NCBI GenBank assembly: GCA_965140415.1
Contig: OZ223209.1
Location: 4,256,001-4,320,000, forward strand
DNA: 64,000 bases
Origin: Myxococcota bacterium
GTDB taxonomy: Bacteria; Myxococcota_A; SURF-8
Direction of reading: 5' to 3'
The translations under genes and the position numbers were made by a program. Positions 58,764 to 64,000 of this stretch are shown piece by piece (within the stretch, counting starts at the first letter, position 1; each line of letters begins with the position of its first letter). The notes below the pieces were generated by a model. The model did not search any database. It saw only the letters and a program-made list of their open reading frames with translations, and was not told where the DNA came from.

Positions 58764-58963
58764 TTGATGGTGGGCCTTGTGGATTTCTTCAAACCCGTTT
58801 CTCTTCGGGTTCTGGCATTAGAGCCTAAAAAGGAAAAGCCGCCGGAATCGGCGGCCTGGAAATTTCTAGATAAACACGATGAGCAGAAAAACAAAATCGA
58901 CGATTGTTCCGTGCTTAGTGGCCTATTGCCATTACAGGCGGCTACAGAACACAAACAACCGGT

Positions 58964-59275
58964 TTACAGATCCCCGTCGGTGAACAGCGTTCCACCCTGC
59001 TGGGTGCAGAGGTTGAAATCGGTGCAATCGTCATAATCGGCACAACCGGTCAACGCATTATTGGCGGTTTTCCCGGATTCTGCATCTTCCGCCGCTTCGC
59101 AGGCATCTTTGCAGCTAGCGGTACCTTCAGCAGTGACCTGGTTCACGGTGTCACATAAAAAAACCATGTCACAATATTTTTTACATTGATCCACATTGGA
59201 TTCGGTATCTCCACAACCAGCCACAATTCCGCATAACATCAGAACGGCACTGGCTAGAACGATCATCTTTCGCAT
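58964..59275 (-). CDS. Small Cys-rich lipoprotein
   Basis: Lipobox VAGC; CxxxC repeats; terminator-like GCCGCCG/CGGCGGC stem at ~58838-58856. Confidence 0.65.
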   Translation of the reverse strand: MRKMIVLASAVLMLCGIVAGCGDTESNVDQCKKYCDMVFLCDTVNQVTAEGTASCKDACEAAEDAESGKTANNALTGCADYDDCTDFNLCTQQGGTLFTDGDL

Positions 59276-59391
59276 CGGCTCCTCCACGAAAATCTTACTC
59301 TCATCACATTACGAGTCGGAGAGTAGCACAACCCCATGAATCGTCAATAGTTTTCTTGAACCATGGCTTTAGCGAAGCTCAAGCATCGCAG

Positions 59392-60939
59392 CTATTCTGG
59401 TAGCATTTCGGTAAATGTCTGATAGATCCGCAGAATTTCATCTAACGAATCCATAAATGCTGTGAAAACGACCGGATCGAAATGCTCCCCACTATCTCGA
59501 GTAAGAATCTCCAGCGCTTTTTCTACGGAAAACGCAGGTTTATATACACGCACCGTGGTCAATGCATCAAAGACATCCGAAATCGCCACGATGCGAGCTT
59601 CGATCGGAATTTCCGCACCACCCAGGGAATTCGGATAGCCCTTGCCATTGTATTTTTCATGGTGACACAGCGCAATCCGCTCCGACATCCGCAATAATTC
59701 CGAGGAAGAAGATCCTAGAATTTTTGCACCGATCAGCGTGTGCTCTTTCATTACCTCGTATTCGTCGGCAGTCAACTGACCATGCTTCAGCAAAATGGCG
59801 TCGGGAATTCCAATTTTTCCCACATCGTGCATGGTTGCCGCTTCTTTGATCAAACCGCTGAATTCCTGTGTCATTCCAAGCCGCTTGGCAACGACATAAG
59901 CATAGTTGCTCATACGATGGAGATGCGAGGCGGTATCTTCGTCGCGATATTCCGCCGCCTTTGCCAAGCGGAAAATGGTTTCCGTCTGGGCCACCAGCAG
60001 ATCCTCATTGGCAAGCTGCAAATCACCCAACGCCTTCTGTAGTTCGGCGGTCTGCAAATCGACTTCGCGCTCCAAATTAGCGTTGGAATCTTTTAATTGC
60101 AATTCGTGGGCGAGACGTTGCGCGACGATCGTCAGCAGTCGCGTCGCTTCCTCGGCCAACCCTTCCCCTACTTCAAAGGCATGCAACGCACCGAATACCG
60201 AACCGGAAAACGAAGTCATCGGCACTCCGATGTATCCGCCTTCCAATCCGTAATGAGCCAGCGTTTCCGCATCGTTTTCCATAATGATCAGCGGCTCGCC
60301 GTTTTCCATTACGTGATTGACAGCAAGCTGCTTGCCTGCCTCGATCTCCGCCATCAAATCAGCACTTACGTTGAAATGGCCGGAAAGACCATACTGATCT
60401 CCCTGCCATAACGTCACGACAACGGAATGCGCTTCCACCAATTCGGCGGCGCGCTGGGAAAACTCCGCCAGCAACACTTCCCGATTGCTGTAGCGTTTGG
60501 CAAAAGTGGAAATTTCGAATAACGATGCCAATACACCCTTCAGTGTTTGAACCTGTTCGTTCAAACGTTTGCTTTTCACCAAAGCCTGCGTGCGGGCTAA
60601 TAACTCCATGCGATTCACCGGTTTGGTCAGAAAATCGTCCGCACCGGCCTCGATTCCCTTGACTTTATCTTCGATCTGATCCAGCGCCGTAATCATAACC
60701 ACTGGAATTAGCCTGGTTTTCTCGTCCTGCTTGACACGACGGCAAACCTCGAAACCGTCGATCTTCGGCATCATCACATCCAACAGAATGATATCCGGAG
60801 GCGATTGCGCGATTTTCTCCAACGCCTCTTCCCCATCGAAGGCACGGTCCGTACTGAATCCAGTCGAAGAAAGATGCGCTTCAAGCAACTTCACGTTCTT
60901 AGGCAGATCGTCAACTATGAGTACATTGGGAATATTCAC
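59392..60939 (-). CDS. REC-GAF-HD-GYP response regulator (c-di-GMP phosphodiesterase)
   Basis: LLDVMMP and FLTKP receiver motifs; HDVGK, HHEKYNGKGYP and DVFDAL. Confidence 0.92.
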   Translation of the reverse strand: MNIPNVLIVDDLPKNVKLLEAHLSSTGFSTDRAFDGEEALEKIAQSPPDIILLDVMMPKIDGFEVCRRVKQDEKTRLIPVVMITALDQIEDKVKGIEAGADDFLTKPVNRMELLARTQALVKSKRLNEQVQTLKGVLASLFEISTFAKRYSNREVLLAEFSQRAAELVEAHSVVVTLWQGDQYGLSGHFNVSADLMAEIEAGKQLAVNHVMENGEPLIIMENDAETLAHYGLEGGYIGVPMTSFSGSVFGALHAFEVGEGLAEEATRLLTIVAQRLAHELQLKDSNANLEREVDLQTAELQKALGDLQLANEDLLVAQTETIFRLAKAAEYRDEDTASHLHRMSNYAYVVAKRLGMTQEFSGLIKEAATMHDVGKIGIPDAILLKHGQLTADEYEVMKEHTLIGAKILGSSSSELLRMSERIALCHHEKYNGKGYPNSLGGAEIPIEARIVAISDVFDALTTVRVYKPAFSVEKALEILTRDSGEHFDPVVFTAFMDSLDEILRIYQTFTEMLPE

Positions 60940-61083
60940 GATTCGTCTTAGCCTCGCTTAACTTACAAACAGGATTGCGCCAATCGCATCGATCTACAAA
61001 CACTTTATGTCATGATCCCACATCCCTATATATCGGTCAAGAATCTGATTACTTAATTGATTCTCGCGCCATTACGGAATAAG

Positions 61084-61142
61084 TTGACCTAGTGGCAATT
61101 TTTCTATAGCATGACTATCAGTCACAGGATGACTATCAGTCA
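61084..61142 (+). promoter_or_regulatory. Promoter TTGACC-17-TAGCAT with two tandem TGACTATCAGTCA operators
   Basis: Identical 13-bp palindromes at 61112-61124 and 61130-61142. Confidence 0.7.
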
Positions 61143-61269
61143 TTTATAGAAATGGAAAATCGTCTTTGCCATCAGGATTTTCCAAAGTTCGCTGACTTAT
61201 ATGCTCTTTTCAACTCCCGAACACGCTACAAGTTCGGTGTGCAATCGCTTTAACCCGGAGAATTGAATC

Positions 61270-62748
61270 ATGTCTTTGAATTCCGTACCGAAAACCGGTT
61301 TCGCCATTTCCGAATATCACGACACGCAAGCCGTTTACCGTCAGTTGCACAAGCTGACCGGACAACCGATACGCAAACTGAAACCGGAAGCGTTAGACGT
61401 CTATCTTCGCCACTTCGAAGAACATTGCTCGCAATCCAAAGCCATGATAAGCGAAGCGCAGCAAGTCATTCCTGGCGGCGTTCAGCATAACCTGGCCTTC
61501 GGGTTTCCGTTTCCGCTGGTGTTCACCAAAGCGGAAGGCGCGTATCTGTACGATCTCGACGGCAACCGCTACTTCGATTTCCTACAGGCGGGAGGTCCGA
61601 CGGTACTAGGCAGCAACCCCCCGGTGGTCCGGGAGCAGATCGAAGAACTGCTGCGCACCACCGGTCCCGTTACAGGGTTGTTTCACGAATACGAAGTGAA
61701 ACTCGCTCGCTTCATCGTGGACCGTTTCCCAGGCGTGGAAATGTTCCGCATGCTGGGCAGCGGGACGGAATCCTGCATGGCGGCGATTCGGCTGGCGCGC
61801 GTCGCAACCGGTAAAAAGCACATCATCAAGATGGGCGGCGCCTATCATGGCTGGAGCGACCAGCTCTCCTACGGTACTCGCCTGCCTGGAACGCGCAGTT
61901 TCCTGTCACACGGGATTCCGCGCCATCTCTTCAGATACACGCACGAAGTCTACCCCAACGATATCAAAGCCCTAAAGAAATGCCTGCAACTCAACCGTCT
62001 GCATGGCGGCACGGCAGCCGTTTTGATTGAACCGCTTGGACCGGAAAGCGGCACTCGACCGCTCGATAAAGATTACAACGCACAGGTGCGCGAACTCTGT
62101 ACAGAATTCGGCGCACTGCTGGTGTTCGATGAAGTCGTGACCGGCTTCCGCCTGGGAATGAGCGGTGCTCAGGGCTATTTCGGCGTCACACCAGATCTGA
62201 CGGTATTCGGCAAGGCCGTGACGGGCGGCTATCCCTCGGCGGGCGGTCTGGGTGGCAAGAAAGAACTGATGGCTTTTCTGGCAGGCGGTATCGGCGGAAA
62301 AGCGACCAAAAAAAAGGTGCACGTCGGCGGCACGCTGGCGGCCAATCCGCTAAGCTCTGCGGCGGGCTATTTCACCCTGGTGGAAATGGAACGCCAGAAT
62401 GCGCCGGAAGTGGCCGGGCGCGCCGGGGATCGCCTGACCAAAGGCATGCAGCAACTGATACAGAAATACAACCTTCCTTTCGTAGCCTACAACCAGGGCT
62501 CCATCTGTCATCTGCAAACCACGGGCGTCTTGCTGCTGGATTTGAAACTCACCAAGATTCTGTCCATCATGAAGGAAATCGGCAAACGCACCGAGGTGAT
62601 GCAGCAATACGGCGCAGCCTACATGGCCGAGGGCATCGTGACGGTCGCCGGCAGCCGCATGTATACCAGCGCCGCCTGCACGGATGAGATCATCGACGAC
62701 GCCCTGGTGCATTTGGAGCGCGTGTTCAAAAACGTGGAAGGAGTCTAG
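61270..62748 (+). CDS. Class III PLP aminotransferase (GSA-aminomutase-like)
   Basis: DLDGNRYFD, SGTE, YHG, FDEVVTGFR and PDLTVFGK motifs. Confidence 0.88.
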   Translation: MSLNSVPKTGFAISEYHDTQAVYRQLHKLTGQPIRKLKPEALDVYLRHFEEHCSQSKAMISEAQQVIPGGVQHNLAFGFPFPLVFTKAEGAYLYDLDGNRYFDFLQAGGPTVLGSNPPVVREQIEELLRTTGPVTGLFHEYEVKLARFIVDRFPGVEMFRMLGSGTESCMAAIRLARVATGKKHIIKMGGAYHGWSDQLSYGTRLPGTRSFLSHGIPRHLFRYTHEVYPNDIKALKKCLQLNRLHGGTAAVLIEPLGPESGTRPLDKDYNAQVRELCTEFGALLVFDEVVTGFRLGMSGAQGYFGVTPDLTVFGKAVTGGYPSAGGLGGKKELMAFLAGGIGGKATKKKVHVGGTLAANPLSSAAGYFTLVEMERQNAPEVAGRAGDRLTKGMQQLIQKYNLPFVAYNQGSICHLQTTGVLLLDLKLTKILSIMKEIGKRTEVMQQYGAAYMAEGIVTVAGSRMYTSAACTDEIIDDALVHLERVFKNVEGV

Positions 62749-62751
62749 GCG

Positions 62752-63417
62752 ATGGCGATTACGGAACAAGACGCCCGCGTGCTGGTGCGCGATTACGGCA
62801 TCAAGCTGATGGAGGAGGGACTGGTGGCCCGCACCTGGGGCAACGTAAGCTGCCGCCTGGATGATGAGCGCTTCGTCGTTACCCCCAGTGGTCGACCGTA
62901 TGAGGAGTTGCAGCCGGAAGACATGGTGGTGGTTAACTGCCGTACCGACAAACACGAAGGTACGATCAAACCATCATCCGAAAGCAAGCTGCATTCGGCA
63001 ATTTATCGCGAGCGCAAGGAAGTCGGCGGTGTGATTCACACTCATCAGACCAACGCCTCCGTTGTTGCAGCCGCCCGGCGCAAGCTGCCTCCGGTATTGG
63101 ACGATCAGGTGCAATTGCTCGGTCCTAACGTACGAGTGGCCGCCTACGCCCTGCCCTCTACCAAAAAGCTGGTCAAAAGTTGCATGAAGGCACTGAAAGG
63201 ACGCAACGCCGCCTTGATCGCCAATCATGGTGCAATCTGTATCGGACCAAGCCTGGACGATGCGTTCGCGGCCTGTCTGGTATTGGAAAAAGCCTGCAAG
63301 GCGTTTATCGAGGGCGAGTTTCTGGGAAAAGCCAAGAGCATCAATGTGTTCGAGGCGCACCTGATGCACCAGTATTACATCCGCAAATACTCGAAGCGGA
63401 AAATTACGAACAGATAG
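62752..63417 (+). CDS. Class II aldolase/adducin family (FucA-like)
   Basis: GNVS, TPSG, PSSE, HTH and NHG motifs. Confidence 0.9.
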   Translation: MAITEQDARVLVRDYGIKLMEEGLVARTWGNVSCRLDDERFVVTPSGRPYEELQPEDMVVVNCRTDKHEGTIKPSSESKLHSAIYRERKEVGGVIHTHQTNASVVAAARRKLPPVLDDQVQLLGPNVRVAAYALPSTKKLVKSCMKALKGRNAALIANHGAICIGPSLDDAFAACLVLEKACKAFIEGEFLGKAKSINVFEAHLMHQYYIRKYSKRKITNR

Positions 63418-63478
63418 AACTGCCTTGCGAATCCTGCTAGATTCGCAGGATTAAAATAGCGTGAAAGAGGTCCGCCGA

Positions 63479-64000
63479 ATGTTGGAATGCATCCTCGCCA
63501 TCGACCTGGGAACCAGCGGCTGCAAGGCCGCGCTCGTCGATCTGACAGGCAAGGTTCATGCCTGGCAGTTTTGCAAGGTGGACACCCTGCTGCTTCCCGG
63601 CGGCGGTGCGGAACAGAACCCGGAAGACTGGTGGGGAGCGATCCTGCAATCCTGCAAAGCGGCTGTTGCAAGCAAGCCCGCAGATTGCTCTGTGATCGCC
63701 GTGTGTGCCAACACGCAAGGCGAAGGCACCCTGCCGGTGGACGATCACGGCGAACCTTTATGCAACGCCATGCTGTGGATGGATACACGCGGAGCCGATC
63801 TTGTTCGGAACACCTTACGCGGACGGTTGAACGTCTCCGGCTATGCCGCAAACAAACTGGTGCGCTACATTCGCCTGACAGGCGGAGCACCGTCGTTGAC
63901 CGGCAAAGACCCGGTCGGGCATATGCTCTATTTCAAGCAACACCGACCGGATATTTTCCGCCGAACGTACAAATTTCTAAACGTGCTGGACTTCGTCAAT
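63479..64000 (+). CDS. FGGY-family carbohydrate kinase (xylulokinase-like), 3'-truncated by the window edge
   Basis: Manual translation gives MLECILAIDLGTSGCKAAL...EQNPEDWW...WMDTRG; absent from the ORF track because there is no stop. Confidence 0.88.
   Translation, partial: MLECILAIDLGTSGCKAALVDLTGKVHAWQFCKVDTLLLPGGGAEQNPEDWWGAILQSCKAAVASKPADCSVIAVCANTQGEGTLPVDDHGEPLCNAMLWMDTRGADLVRNTLRGRLNVSGYAANKLVRYIRLTGGAPSLTGKDPVGHMLYFKQHRPDIFRRTYKFLNVLDFVN

Noticed and set aside
58745-58815. tRNA-Sec-like sequence (CTTCAAA)
   Set aside because: No T-loop GTTCRA or pairing acceptor stem.

Overview
Chromosomal window from a GC-moderate bacterium, probably of a deltaproteobacterial/Myxococcota-like lineage (inferred from a MYXO-CTERM-like tail, Cys-rich lipoproteins and an RHH gene pair). 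The backbone carries fatty-acid beta-oxidation genes (thiolase plus FadN-like, behind a FadR/YsiA-type box), a double radical-SAM enzyme, a surface S8 protease, MATE, an IS4 element, a degenerate RecA-like gene, a TPR-GT41 glycosyltransferase, a TonB/ECF/FmdE metal-uptake cluster with twin NikR-like operators, lipA, signalling genes and an aminotransferase-aldolase-FGGY kinase operon. The main feature is a ~16.4 kb island integrated at the 3' end of tRNA-Pro(CGG), bounded by 51-bp direct repeats (36546-36596 and 52976-53026). It has a phage/satellite-like core: tyrosine integrase, XRE repressor and a divergent excisionase-like gene. The gene translationally coupled to the excisionase-like gene is an intact group-II-like reverse transcriptase with no visible intron RNA, and no primase or replicase is recognisable in the island. 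The cargo is a type I R-M system with a Lamassu/ABC-three-component HNH defence module nested between hsdS and hsdR. A remnant of an older related island lies just outside the left att. All calls come from motif recognition by eye; no database searches were run.
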